Assembly: GCF_964355755.1 (NCBI RefSeq)
Contig: NC_092677.1
Location: forward strand, 19,614,101-19,678,100
Reading direction: 5' to 3'
Source: Antedon mediterranea
Lineage: Eukaryota; Animalia; Echinodermata
DNA: 64,000 nt
Shown here: positions 39,401-50,258 of the stretch, piece by piece
How the letters are laid out: each line of letters opens with the position of its first letter
Position numbering within the stretch: the first letter of the stretch is position 1
Made by a program: the position numbers and the translations under genes
The notes under the pieces: generated by a model
What the model saw: the letters and a program-made list of their open reading frames with translations, nothing else
Databases searched by the model: none
Told to the model about the DNA's origin: nothing

Positions 39401-42400
39401 ACAATTTGTTTTCGATCTCGGTACCTTGAATGCTATAGATGCGAGCACAGACCACCGAGCAATACACAACTGACTAAATGTTGAAGAATAATTCCTCTGT
39501 GTATTTACTATGCAGTAACCACTTTGGTGCCGATACATTAATACATTCCGCAATGAATCATAATTTTTTACTATGATAATATCTTTAAACATTTAAAAAT
39601 ATGATGCACTGTTAAAGTATATACTGTACTTTCAACTTTAATATACGATATTATATTATATATATATATTATATGTACGATAATGCATATAACCTAATAA
39701 CATACCCGAATAGAGAGATATTCTTAACTACTTTTTTAACTCTTACATCATCAAGCATGCAATTTCGTTATGCCCATTGAAATTTGTTAATGCGTGTACC
39801 ATTCTTGTTTCATAGTGAGCAATCATGCGCACAAAGGCTGTTGACTGATCACAATAAAAAAATTGGAGCGCTGCCTTTTCAAATTGTTTAGACCTTAGCC
39901 CCACCCCAACCATGATTTTCGGCCTAACAAAACTTCCCAGTGGACTGGGTCAAAGCGCTCGCAGCAGCATATGGAATTCCCTCCAAAAATGTGTTTTTAT
40001 GTTGTTGATTGGTGATTCTAGGCATGAAAAACAACAGAATTTAGTTACCTGAAGGAAAAAATATTAAGAGTGGTAAAAAAAGCTAAAGACTTTAGGTGTG
40101 TGGCGTAAAGCTTGAGGTTAGGTAAAAAAGTGTGATGCATGGTACTTAACATGTATGCAATTGAGTGGATGATTGAATTATAGATTGAAATAATGATCAA
40201 TGAATTGTTAAAAGAATGACTAAATGATGTATCATAAATAAGGAACAATGAACATACCATCTGAACTACGTAGACTTAAACATCTGTGGCGCTTTACAGG
40301 CGTTTCAAAATCAGTTTTGGGGTTTGAATACTCAGTATTGACTGATAATGAAAAAGAACGGTTGAACACTGCTTTTTCATTTGTAAAGTCATTAACATCG
40401 CTTAAAGGATTACCACTGAGGGGAAAATCTTCCAATCTTTCAGATTCATTGAACAAAGATGCAGTGGAGTTGTTGCAAGTTTGTTCAGGACCATTCATCA
40501 AATATGCATCTGCGTCCATGGTCTGCTTTCTTTTTGTAGTTCTAATATTTATATCATCAATTTTATTTAAATTGTTTTGCCCCATTGACATTTTTATTGC
40601 AGTCATATTTCCATTTCCATTGATTTTATTTGTATTTTTAGAATCACAATTTTCGTTGAATTCATCTATGTGACTGCGGCAGTTGGCAAGGTTTTTAAGT
40701 GGTTCCCAGGTGTCATCATCGCTAGGGAAACCTTTCCACCTGATGAGGTACTGAATTTTTCCATGTCTTGTTTTTCTTCTATTGACAACTTTTTCTACCT
40801 ATGAAAAGAAACGCAAAAAAAAAATTGTGATTGTGAAGGTATTGTTTGATTATTATTTGATTGACTTGATAGTAGTGGGAAAATGTTAGGAATGGCCTTT
40901 AAAACCATACTTTGATCTAGTTTTTTCTTGAAGCTATTCACAGAGGGAGTGGCAGATCAGGTGTCGTTTTCGGCCACCTTTTACCTTCTGTGTTATGGAA
41001 GACGTTTTCCATAACACAGGTATAGTATGCTTTGTCATCAATAAAACAATTTCTTGGTGGCCTTTTCAATTTTAATTGAATTCAGTGACTAGTTAAATAA
41101 TTGATAACCTTTTGAGAAGTTTTGCAGAGATACCATCAGGTCCTGTTAAACTTACCAGATTTTACATTTTTAAAACAATTCCTAATTGTAGTAACATCTA
41201 ATTCTAAATCAAACATTATCATCAAGTTATTTCTTATCTTGTTTCAATCGCAGGGACCCCAAGACAACCAGACGAAACACATTGATGCACACATATATGA
41301 CTGTTTCAATCGCATGGACCCCGAGACAACCAGACGAAACACACTGATGCACACATATATGACTGTTTCAATCGCAGGGACCCCAAGACAACCAGACGAA
41401 ACACACTGATGCACACATATATGACTGTTTCAATCGCAGGGGAATGCACTTCCTACATTTGAACATTTGATCTTTGTACTCACAATTTTCAGAACTTAAA
41501 CGTATCGTTGTAAATAGTAGAGCAGTTGTATGTGCCATTTCGGAGACGTGGCTGGATGAAAAGATATCGGAGACAGAAATCAAGATCGATGGCTACTGCC
41601 TCCTCCGCAAAGACAGAAACAGGAATGGTGGTGGCGTATGTCTTTACATCAGAGATGATATCGCATTTAATGAGAGACCAGACCTTAACAACACAAACAT
41701 TGAGTCGATCTGGATAGAACTGATGCTTCCTAAGACTAAGCCAATCATAGTTGGTTGTGTTTTAATCGATCGCAAATCTGTACTTATACTACGTTTGTTG
41801 AAAACCTAGAGTCCGACGTTTCAAAACTTAGATCGGATTCAGAGGTATATATTTTAGGTGACACTAACATCGACTACAACAAAAACAATGATCCTATGTT
41901 TAAGAAATATAATGATTTTTTACGACTATTTAACTTAACACAAATTATTGATTTTCCTACTCGCATAGCGTCCAAATCCGCCACCATTATCGACCACGTT
42001 CAAACTAACTCTAAGGAAAAAGTTTGTCAACATGGCTCAATTGGTGCTGGTTTAAGTGATCACTTATTAATATACTTTACCCGTAAGGTAATGAGAGGAC
42101 ACATAAATAAACATAACACTGTAAAAATAAGATCTTTACGTAACTACTCTAAAGAATTGTTAATTAATAAGCTTCGATCTGCTGAATGGCAAAATGTGTA
42201 CAACTGTAAGAATGTTAATGACGCTTGGTATAATTTTAAGTTTATTTTTACTAGTATCATCGATCAAATAGCTCCGATCAAAGAGGTTAGATTGAAATGT
42301 AGGTCTGAACCATGGATCACGGATGATATTTTATTATCTATAAATGAAAGAGATAAGTTACTTCAAAAATTTAGAAAAAACAGAAATGACACGGAAGTTT

Positions 42401-45400
42401 ATAAAGATTTCTGTATTTTAAGAAACAAAGTTCAACGTGAAATTAAAAAAGCAAAAGCAAACTACTTTAGAGTTAAATTAGAAGAGAACAAACATGATTC
42501 CAAACAACTGTGGAAATACTTAAAACAGCTTGGTGCAAATTCAAAATGTAAATCTAAGAGTAAAGTTGCCCTAGATATTAATGGCACATTGTCACATGAT
42601 GCTCACGAAGTGGCAAATCATTTTAATATGTTTTTTACGAATATTGCATCAAAACTTTCATCTCAGCTAAAACCCTGTCCAGATTTGTTTGGGATCTCGA
42701 AAACAGCATTTAAGGCTTATTATGACAAGAAAGTGAGCAAAAATAAATTTGAAATTAAAGAAGTTACTGGGGAAGAGATTTTGAAGGAGCTTGGAAATTC
42801 TTTAAGTACCAACCTTGATTCATGTCACACTTGGTTAATCAATAATGAACTTTCTCTACACGTTGATAAAACTGAGGCTATTCTTTTTGGCCCAAAGAAA
42901 AAAGTTAAACATGTTGAAGAATTTAAAGTATATTGTAATGGTAAAGAACTATCACGGAAGCATTCTGTTAAATACTTAGGATGTTATATGGATGAAGATC
43001 TTCGTGGTGAAACCATGGTAGAAAACGTACTTGCAAAAATGTATGCACGACTTAAATATTTGTATCGACAAAGTTGTTATCTTAATAGATCAAATCGTAA
43101 CGCCCTCATACTTTGTCACTTTGATTATGCGTGTTGTGCATGGTATTCTGGACTTACCAGTTACTATAAGGGAAAACTTCAAGTTGCCCAAAATAAAGTT
43201 GCCAGATTTATTTGTAACTGGGATAACAGGTCCCATATTGGTAAGGAAGAACTTAAATCTATTGGTCAACTTAATATTGAAAGTCTGGTTAAACAATTAA
43301 AACTAAACAATGTTAAAAAAATATTCAACAACCAAGCCATGCCATACATGTACACACACTTCTCCAAGACATCCACCATTCAAAATATCACAAGAAGAAG
43401 CTCTCATACATTCTACCTGTCTAAATCAGACACATATATCAAAGACACATTCTTCTACACAGCAGCACAACAATGGAACCTATTACCACACATTTTAAAA
43501 ACCATTTTTAACAAGACAGATTTTAAATTTAAAGTAAAGGAATATTTAGCAACGTCTCATGAATAAATAAATTTTAACTTACTGTAAGATTTTAAAGAAT
43601 GACATGAAATATTATTTTAATAATCAATTTTATACAGTATGCTTTTATATGCTATGTTTTATTGTTTTACTGGTTTAATATTTTATTGTTTGTATGTATG
43701 TATATAATGGACCCCAATGGAAATAAGCTGGAATGATATTTACCGGCTTTTTTGGGTTATCCATGGAAGACTACTGTATGTTTTAATTGTTCTTGTTTAC
43801 CAATTGTAATGTATATTTGTGTACTTCCGAATAAATTCAAATCAAATCAATAAAACAATTTGAGTCAAACCGAGTATATAAAGTGTTCAAACACAAATTT
43901 GAATTCAACTTTAGTTACTTTCTTTTCAATTCCTGTTATAGATTTTAATCCTTTTCATGTTAAAACTTTCTTCTACTTTCTTGCCATACTTTTTTTTCTA
44001 TATCAACGATTTAATTGATTCCTGTTCATACTACTGTCTCACATAGTCTTTTGTTATCCACGGTTGGTTGTTAACATAAACTTTAAATTACACATCTGGT
44101 GTTTAATGTTGTTCTCACAGAACTTAATATTTTCTGTTACGCCTTCCGTTGCACTATCTATTGAAGCCGCATTATCTAAAAAAATATCCCTATTAGTACA
44201 CTATTATCAAAGCAGTCCCTTCAATTCTTCCTCAGTTTCTTTGCTCCAATTCTTAACAGATTTAAAAACAGGTTTTTCACGCTTACACTTCTGTACGTAC
44301 TTCGGTAAAAGATGCACCATGTTGTGATCAGAAAATTCAGTACCCGGTTTCTTCTCAGCTTTGTACGTGTCTTTAATCTTACTGTAACAGAGATCAATGA
44401 TTTTCGCCTTCCTAGTTGGAATATTTACATGTTGATAGAGGTTAATAGGTAGGAGATGATTTAACTTACACTTGTTAAAGTCACTAAGGATAATAGATAC
44501 CCCTTCAGGAGATGTATTTTAAAGATGATGATAAATCTCGGCAATCTTAGCACTCGCTATTTTAATGAGCTCGAAGGTTAACGAAGATCAGGAAGTGCAC
44601 GGGGAGAAGGCCAATTATGTGCTGCTGTGCTCATCGTTTAAGCAAAAGCAACAGGCCTGCCACCATGACTGTGGTATCGTAATTAAACAGATAAGGCACA
44701 TGGTCTCCAATGTTGTACTGCCACACACGGACGTTGCTAATGTTGTGCATTAACCACAAATGCGCCTTCTGCCAAACATTGTCACCCAAGCACTCAACCA
44801 CTTTTGGCAGCCCTCACAGATCGGGTTGTGACATCAGGTAACATCAGACCTTCATTTAATCCTAAAAATGATCTGAGAGCAAAAAATACCGCTCCTTAAT
44901 TTGTCTAGACATCGACAAAAAGTACATGAAAAGAAATTTTTCAAGACGGCAAATATAATAGAATTTTTCAATGATGAAAGAGGCACGGGTGAATTAGATA
45001 AACTTCTAATTATAGTAGCAACTATTACTACTGATCGTAGTAAAGATGTTGACAGAAATCCCTATACTGTACGTAACAGTGCCTATTTGTCATGTGTTTT
45101 TTCTCCTCCTAGGGAGCTTGAGAATATCGATAGTGTTGTGTGGGGTCGGTTTTAGTAACCTTTTATATTCAATTACAAAAATCTCACCAATAGGATGCTG
45201 CATGACTATAAGTATATCTTTGGTACTGTTTGGGATCCGTTTCGGTTTTTTTTTATATTGTCACCAAAATGTCGAAATGTCCCCAATAATGGGGATAGCT
45301 ATGCAAACAACAAGTATTAGTAAGTAACCAAGTTAAGGCTCTGTGTTTTTTCGCAAGGTGGTACATCAGACTTCTTGCCGTTTTTTACACACAATATCGG

Positions 45401-48400
45401 AATAATAATTTAAACTTCATACATAATATTGATATTTCCTACTGCCACTGTCAATATATCATGACCAAATAAAAAATCGACCTCCTTGAAATTTAAAGGG
45501 AAGCTATTGAGTGCTCTCTTGTTTCTTTAAATGAAGGTCTGTAACATGCAGCTTCTGACATTCTAGAGTCAATACAGTGCTCCTACAGAGGCAGTGGATA
45601 ATAATCGTTTTTTCTCCCTCGGCAATGCTCTCACTGCTGCCATAATGGCATATACTGTAGAACTGCCGGGGAAAGTGTATCCGGGTCTGAGAAGCAGCAG
45701 CAGGAGCAGGCATAGCGAGAGGAGCTTCAACGCGTACAAGTGCTTTACTTTGGTAAGGCGAAAACCCGAGACTGTACATCATTAATCGACTTGTACAACT
45801 GCTCCCTCTTGAAGCAGGACATTGAAGCCGTTTAGGAGCACAACACGTTAGTGGCTCTGACGGTAACCTTATTGGAAAACTCCTTGTCACCAGGAGGTTT
45901 GTGAGTATGATGCAGTAAGTGTGTGTCATTGAGGCCAGAACATATCTGTCCTCTGACAGGGCCTTCCACAGGCATATGGGCAACCTCCCACGTGCCTAGC
46001 CTTAGAAAAAGGCACCGGCCCCGCCAGCACATCACATGTACCTGTGATCACAATATTGCTGACCATGGCGGGCGGCGAGAACTTCAACGTTTGCGTCTTA
46101 GCTAGGAAGTCTTTCCTAAAAACTAGCCGAACGTGTAAGAACGGCTACAGTAGGACAACATTGATGTCCCAGTTGGGAACCAGGGCCTTTCGTTCTCTAA
46201 ACATGCCACGCAGCAAACTTGATATTGTGGTGGATGTTGAGACGCTCGAACCGTCTGAAATGTCGGTGTAATTCCACCTATGGCAAACCGATAGCCGGAT
46301 ACGGTGCGAACCTGACTCAAACCGGTAATGTAGGAAAGCGCATACCTGACCCAATTTCAGTCTTGGGGTTTATCAGTTATCGGGCACAAATTAAAATGAT
46401 GCTTCTAACGGACGACATTAAGCATCAGGGCCGGTAGTACCAACGAGACGATCAACTTGTCCCTGTGGTGGATGACAATTTGGTCAAGTACCGCACGAAC
46501 CTCGCAAGTAACCTGCAAGACTTCTCCCCATGCACTTCCTCTGATCTTTGTCGGAAAGATCATGTCATTGTCGTATACTGTACCAGTGACTACACTTGTA
46601 TTATTGATATAATACGGGAAGGCAGTACCAACTAGTACGATATGAGGGGAGGAATACTGAGGAACCTTCTTCCTCAGAAGAGCTTTCAGCACTGCAAGAT
46701 GTCTCCAGCTGTGCAGGGATCACCGTTATCCTGAGTTTTCCAAGGAGGAGCAGTGTTCGATGCAGGCACGTGCGAAATGAGCGGCACCTCCATACAGTAG
46801 GCTGTGATTAATTCGTGCCTGTTAGGTCCTCTACCCCAGGCCCCTCACGCTCGAGCAACAAAACTCCTTACAGCGTGACCATCCGTCTAGACACTACTCC
46901 TGACGATGGGCGGACCCTCAGAAAGGCTATTGTCGGTTTATCCAGGTAAGCTAGGCTCGAAATAGACTCAAGAATATTTCGATTCATTCTGGGAACATCA
47001 TAATATATAGGCCTACCTTACAACACATACTGAGACTACATCATAACAAATAATATTAATATAATTAATACTAAATAATAAATAAACTAATAATACTACC
47101 TATCAATTAAACGAAAAGTGTTATAATTTATATTGAATTTTCCGTTTTATTTGTCTAGGCCTAGTGTAGGCCTATCCTTACTAATCCTGCCATTATAATA
47201 TTAACTAGGCCTATTAGCACTTTTTGCGTTCTATACTTTAATGGGGCCAAGTTGATCGATTAGTATTTGGCCGAGCTGACGTGAGGCTGAGTTGACTTGA
47301 GGCTGACTTGACTTGGGGCCGACTTGACTTTAGCCGAGACAGTTTAGGGCCGAGTTGACCTGCACGGTTATCAGACAATCGGGACCACAGACTATCGGGC
47401 ACATCAAGGATGAAAGACGATCAAGGGCCGAGAGGGGAGAAGTCAAGTTATATCACACTGTATAGAGCAAAAAGTAAATACATACGGGAATACATACAAT
47501 GCAACACAATAATAGCAATCAAAATCAATCACATTTATTCATAAATCGAGAGAAATTTTTAAAACCAGTACTGGCAGTAGTGTCAACAATAATTATTAAT
47601 TAGGGTATGATAAAATCAGAAAAATCTAATTAACCTTTTTAATTAAAATCTTAATTTACGCAAGAAAAGCACTTTGACACTAAGCACTAGGAATGAAATG
47701 TGGCACATTATTTTATATAACAACACAAAAGACTATCGATCGGACACAACGCTAAGACGATCTGGACCAACTGGCAGTGGTGGTAAGCAAGACGATCAGG
47801 GAATATTTGTTTGGTGTCAGTTAAAATCAGTGAGAGACTTTACTGAGCTTTTTTATACACTATATTGCACTGAAAGATATTATTACGATTATGTATGTAA
47901 TGTAACATTTTTTAAAAGCATAATGCATTGACGTGTCGCATTATGTCTCATGCTATTGAATTAGAATGAAACCATATTGTCTGTTGACAACGAGGACCAA
48001 CAACGACCTTGAGGGGTATCACAACAGGTGTCTCGAAAACAGAGACCTCGAAAACAGAGACCCGAGACCCAGGGTCTCTGTTTTCGAGAAAATCTCGAAA
48101 ACAGAGACCCCCACTAAAACGTCTCAATATTACGTAATATAGGGGGGTCTCTGTTTTCGAGAAAAACTCGAAAACAGAGACCCCCACTAAAACGTCTCAA
48201 TATTAAGTCAATATTACGTTATATAGGGGGTCTTTGTTTTAGAGAAAAACTCGAAAACAGAGACCCCCAATAAAACGTCTCATTATATTGGGGGTCTCTG
48301 TTTTTCGACATTTCCCAAGACCCCCTAATATAATCCCTGTTTATTAAGAGTGTTGCAAATACCCACCAAGCTTGGTCATAAATTATTAACACCCAACTTT

Positions 48401-48867
48401 TATCACAAAAACCGTGAATTTATGTTTATTTATTTATCAATTTATTTATTTTTTTAAAATTCATTTCTTTTTTAAGGCTCGCCTTACACTTCGATCTTTA
48501 ATTAGAGCTTACAGTGTACAGTAGCGTTCCATAGAAATCGCCGGAAGTTCGATTTACAGGAAGCGCGACCGAAATGAAACGCGACCGAGATGATCCGATA
48601 CCGGCGCGGATAGACTAGCCTAGGCCTACTAGCCTACTAGGCTAGCTGGCTACTGGCGGTGGACGATGTCAGAAAGGTTAACCTAGCTAGCCTAGGCCTA
48701 CCTCTACGGCCACAAATCCTAGCTAATATAAGCCTATTATTCATTACTAGTACAGTAGTATGGGATTGTACATTTTATTCTTGGCATTACATTACAAAGC
48801 TATATTTTTCGTTAATTTTTACCTCGTAAACACAGTCATCGTGGGTTTTTTCCCCCACTTCCGCCAT
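27283..48867 (-). CDS. CDYL: Chromodomain Y-like protein (chromodomain + crotonase/enoyl-CoA hydratase-like domain), complement(join(27283..27444,29489..29632,30767..30977,33655..33827,34731..34857,38666..38945,40258..40798,48823..48867)), ~560 aa
   Basis: Eight exons splice in phase (1683 nt incl. stop): VYE|VEKVVNRRKTRHGKIQYLIRWKGFPSDDDTWEP; KEIVVRK..NSLNPK; GNIFCSGVDL; AAVNGSATGLGSAILPLCD; ANEMLIGGRKLTALEA..GLVSHVFWP; SKALIR..ANECEC..W. Confidence 0.92.
28283..29137. mobile_element. Tc1/mariner (pogo/Tigger-like) MITE in CDYL intron 7
   Basis: TA|ccgtaaaaccttgaaaagaagcccatgg ... ccatgggcttcttttcgaggttttacgg|TA; internal repeats of atgggcttcttttcgag. Confidence 0.85.
29140..29390 (-). mobile_element. 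CR1/L2-type RT fragment
   Basis: Minus strand GVFLDLSKAFDS...GIRG...GVPQGSIL-like motifs. Confidence 0.6.
29489..29632 (-). CDS. CDYL: CDYL exon 7
   Basis: ttttag|ANEMLIGGRKLTALEAYACGLVSHVFWPSSFMQEVIPRVQNIVENSSK|gtaata. Confidence 0.93.
30767..30977 (-). CDS. CDYL: CDYL exon 6
   Basis: ttacag|KFIDTLINFPKIIVAAVNGSATGLGSAILPLCDIVYASDKAVFSTPYGSLAQVPEGCSSVTFPACMGTAM|gtgggt. Confidence 0.93.
31215..31560 (+). mobile_element. LINE 3' fragment (Rex1/L2-like)
   Basis: HPLH..LNPSGRLRLLSVKTNRFAKSFIPSGI then T-rich 3' UTR and aataaa. Confidence 0.6.
31790..32032 (-). mobile_element. tRNA-derived SINE
   Basis: Minus strand tggcttggtggtt (A box) ... ggattcaagtcc (B box), A-rich tail. Confidence 0.55.
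32045..33300 (+). mobile_element. Degraded L2-clade LINE RT region
   Basis: NYRPISNSSFLSKVLER, QSAYRANHSTET, LLDYSAAFDTVNH, GIPQGS, YADN, LHWLPV, RALSYAAPMLWNSLP..FKRLLKTYLF. Confidence 0.88.
33655..33827 (-). CDS. CDYL: CDYL exon 5
   Basis: tgtcag|VFHELTTILTNSVKDSNSVFLLHGAGNIFCSGVDLGFLAHRCNESRKKAARQMSEAIR|gtagac. Confidence 0.92.
34731..34857 (-). CDS. CDYL: CDYL exon 4
   Basis: tttcag|RLSLRHIECLFKFKEIVVRKYNGYTQVWFFTGSTVRNSLNPK|gtatgt. Confidence 0.9.
35080..35700 (+). mobile_element. L1/Tx1-like LINE 3' fragment
   Basis: Decayed frames with AIPKMW, W..VW, QFNYK, C..C...HMFFEC pattern. Confidence 0.5.
37056..37640. mobile_element. MITE with long imperfect TIRs built from tctagaaaactcagata repeats
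   Basis: gggtgtctagaaaactc ... gagttttctagaccccc; arms 37056-37190 and 37515-37640 are reverse complements. Confidence 0.75.
37654..38020 (+). mobile_element. Partial Helentron/DINE-1-like element (same family as 26622-27238)
   Basis: tttttacctccgccaagaaggtatatgtaatcgatc...gtgttaaaagataggacagaa is the reverse complement of 27030-27238. Confidence 0.75.
38666..38945 (-). CDS. CDYL: CDYL exon 3 (linker)
   Basis: Acceptor ttttag at 38947-38946 matches phase 1 of exon 2; open frame KIYRDNNHLLAGTTTSPDLF...SEKD; phase 2 donor AG|GCAAGT. Confidence 0.75.
40258..40798 (-). CDS. CDYL: CDYL exon 2 (chromodomain + linker)
   Basis: ttcatag|VEKVVNRRKTRHGKIQYLIRWKGFPSDDDTWEPLKNLANCRSHIDEFN...LRSSDG|gtatgt. 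Confidence 0.92.
41053..43845 (+). mobile_element. CR1/L2-group LINE with 16-bp TSD and in-frame deletion of the RT core, in CDYL intron 1
   Basis: TSD atcaataaaacaattt at 41037-41052 and 43846-43861; APE motifs ISETWL, GGGVCLY, LGDTNID, IDH, SDH; 603-aa ORF 41755-43566; (tcaaa)n tail. Confidence 0.92.
41240..41441. repeat. 62-bp tandem repeat, 3.25 copies
   Basis: Unit tgtttcaatcgcagggaccccaagacaaccagacgaaacacactgatgcacacatatatgac starting 41240, 41302, 41364, 41426. Confidence 0.95.
44060..44565 (-). mobile_element. LINE APE-endonuclease fragment
   Basis: Minus strand ILSDFNKC, YQHVNIPTR..IIDLCY, SDH..V motifs. Confidence 0.6.
45520..46950 (-). mobile_element. DIRS-type (tyrosine recombinase) retrotransposon remnant
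   Basis: GC-rich block; minus frames give CAFLH..VRTVSGYRFAI...ISSLLRGMFRER..VPNWDINVVL and FLAKTQ, the core-binding/N-catalytic pattern of DIRS1 YR; no intact ORF. Confidence 0.65.
47243..47362. repeat. ~15-bp degenerate tandem repeat (ggggccgagttgact), transposon subterminal-type
   Basis: Seven or so variants of ggccgagttgac in 120 bp. Confidence 0.7.
48027..48325. repeat. Direct and inverted array of tctcgaaaacagagaccc (MITE end)
   Basis: Repeated tcgaaaacagagaccc and its complement gggtctctgttttcga forming nested hairpins. Confidence 0.8.
48823..48867 (-). CDS. CDYL: CDYL exon 1 (start codon)
   Basis: gaaATGGCG..: MAEVGEKTHDDCVYE|gtaaaa, phase 0, supplies the first aromatic-cage Tyr as in the MASEELYE|V start of vertebrate CDYL. 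Confidence 0.82.
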
Positions 48868-48916
48868 TTCAAATGTAAAAAAAAAACGCTTGAATTGTGT
48901 CAAAAGCTAACAATAA

Positions 48917-49730
48917 GCAGCCGGCCAACCACCAATCAATAAGCTTACACTTTTATTTTTCCAGCCAACAATAACTATGAAACGCCGTTTGTGTATTTTT
49001 TACATTTTCAGTGTTACTTTATGGTATTAGAAATTAAATATTTTGTGAGAAAAGCGGATTGTTCCTGGGAATCACTTGGTGGTATTATACTAATTAAGGT
49101 ACCTTTTAGTCGTTCAGTATAAGTAAGAGTAGGACCACTGGTCCCGTTTACTCAGCCCCCATCTTTTAAATTTTAGTGTAATTCACTTACGATTTTTAAT
49201 ATGTTTTTCAGTGTTACTTATGGCTTTTATGGTATTAGAAATTAAATATTTTGTGAGAAAATGGCGGATTGTTCCTGGGAGTCACTTTGTGGGATTATAT
49301 TAGGGTACCTCCTTAGTCGTCCAGAAGTTAGAGTGGGACAGACCAGTGGTCTCGTTTACTCAGCCCTCATCTTTAAAATTTGAGTGTAAGTAACTGGAAG
49401 GATACCTAGTATAATCCCACCAAATTTTACTATATATTAAAAATCGTAAGTGAATTACACTTAAATTTTAAAGATGAGGGCTGAGTAAAAGAGACCAGTG
49501 GTCCTACTCTAACTTATACTGGACAACTAAGAAGGTATCCTGGTATAATCCCACCAAGTGATTCCCAGGAACAATCCGCCGTTTTCTCACAAAACATTTA
49601 ATTTCTAATACCATAAAGCCATAAGTAACACTGAAAATGTAAAAAATACACAAACGGCGTTTCATAGTTATTGTTGGCTGGAAAAAAATAAAAGTGGGGT
49701 TATTGTTGGCTGTATTGTTCGGCCAGCTTG
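48917..49730. mobile_element. Foldback MITE immediately upstream of the CDYL start codon
   Basis: 48950-49200 is the reverse complement of 49440-49695; an additional direct ~190-bp subrepeat at 49205-49390. Confidence 0.8.
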
Positions 49731-50198
49731 ACACAAGCACAAAAAAAAACAAAAACATGTAACAGCGCCACCACAAAATCAGTTTTGGCGATGCTTTTTT
49801 TGTGATGTCGAATTCTTCATGCTTGTCGTCATTTTCTTAATACTGTGGTTATATACTTTGCATGGGCAAGTATGATAAAAGCGCACTCTGATAAAATAGA
49901 AACAATATTGTATAAAGAATCAAATTGTATATACAATACTGTAACGGCCATTGATTGTGTTGTCCACATACATAATTATGTACTGGATATGGAACTTTAG
50001 ACTTTACTTTTGACTGTTCAGACTTTACAAAAATAAAAGACTTCAGACTTTACGCTAAAGAAAAATTGTGCTGTGTGAATTAGAATAAGATGATGCACGC
50101 AAACACAGCAGGAAGCGGTTGTTTATTCATAAAAGCCCAATAAACAACTGCTTCCTGTTCATTGGTAGCATGATTTTGTGTCTTTCCTGCTTTGTACA

Positions 50199-50258
50199 TT
50201 ATTACCTGATGAGTGTGGCCAGCTTTGCTGGTCATATGAAACAATTTTGTAGTAATAA
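50199..50258 (+). ncRNA. Type I hammerhead ribozyme (slightly decayed)
   Basis: ttattac-CTGATGA-gtgtggccagc(ttt)gctggtcatat-GAA-acaa(tt)ttgt-A-gtaataa: 7-bp stem I, 11-bp stem II with G-U pairs, 4-bp stem III, GUA triplet ending 50251. Confidence 0.72.

Noticed and set aside
40248-40673. 141-aa plus-strand ORF
   Set aside because: Antisense shadow of CDYL exon 2.
41240-41441. CRISPR-like array (units start GTTTCAATC)
   Set aside because: Whole 62-bp units are near-identical with no unique spacers, no cas genes, eukaryotic context; it is a tandem duplication within a LINE.
41755-43566. 603-aa ORF as a host gene
   Set aside because: LINE ORF2 with TSD and tail; frameshifted from its APE N-terminus and lacking the RT core.
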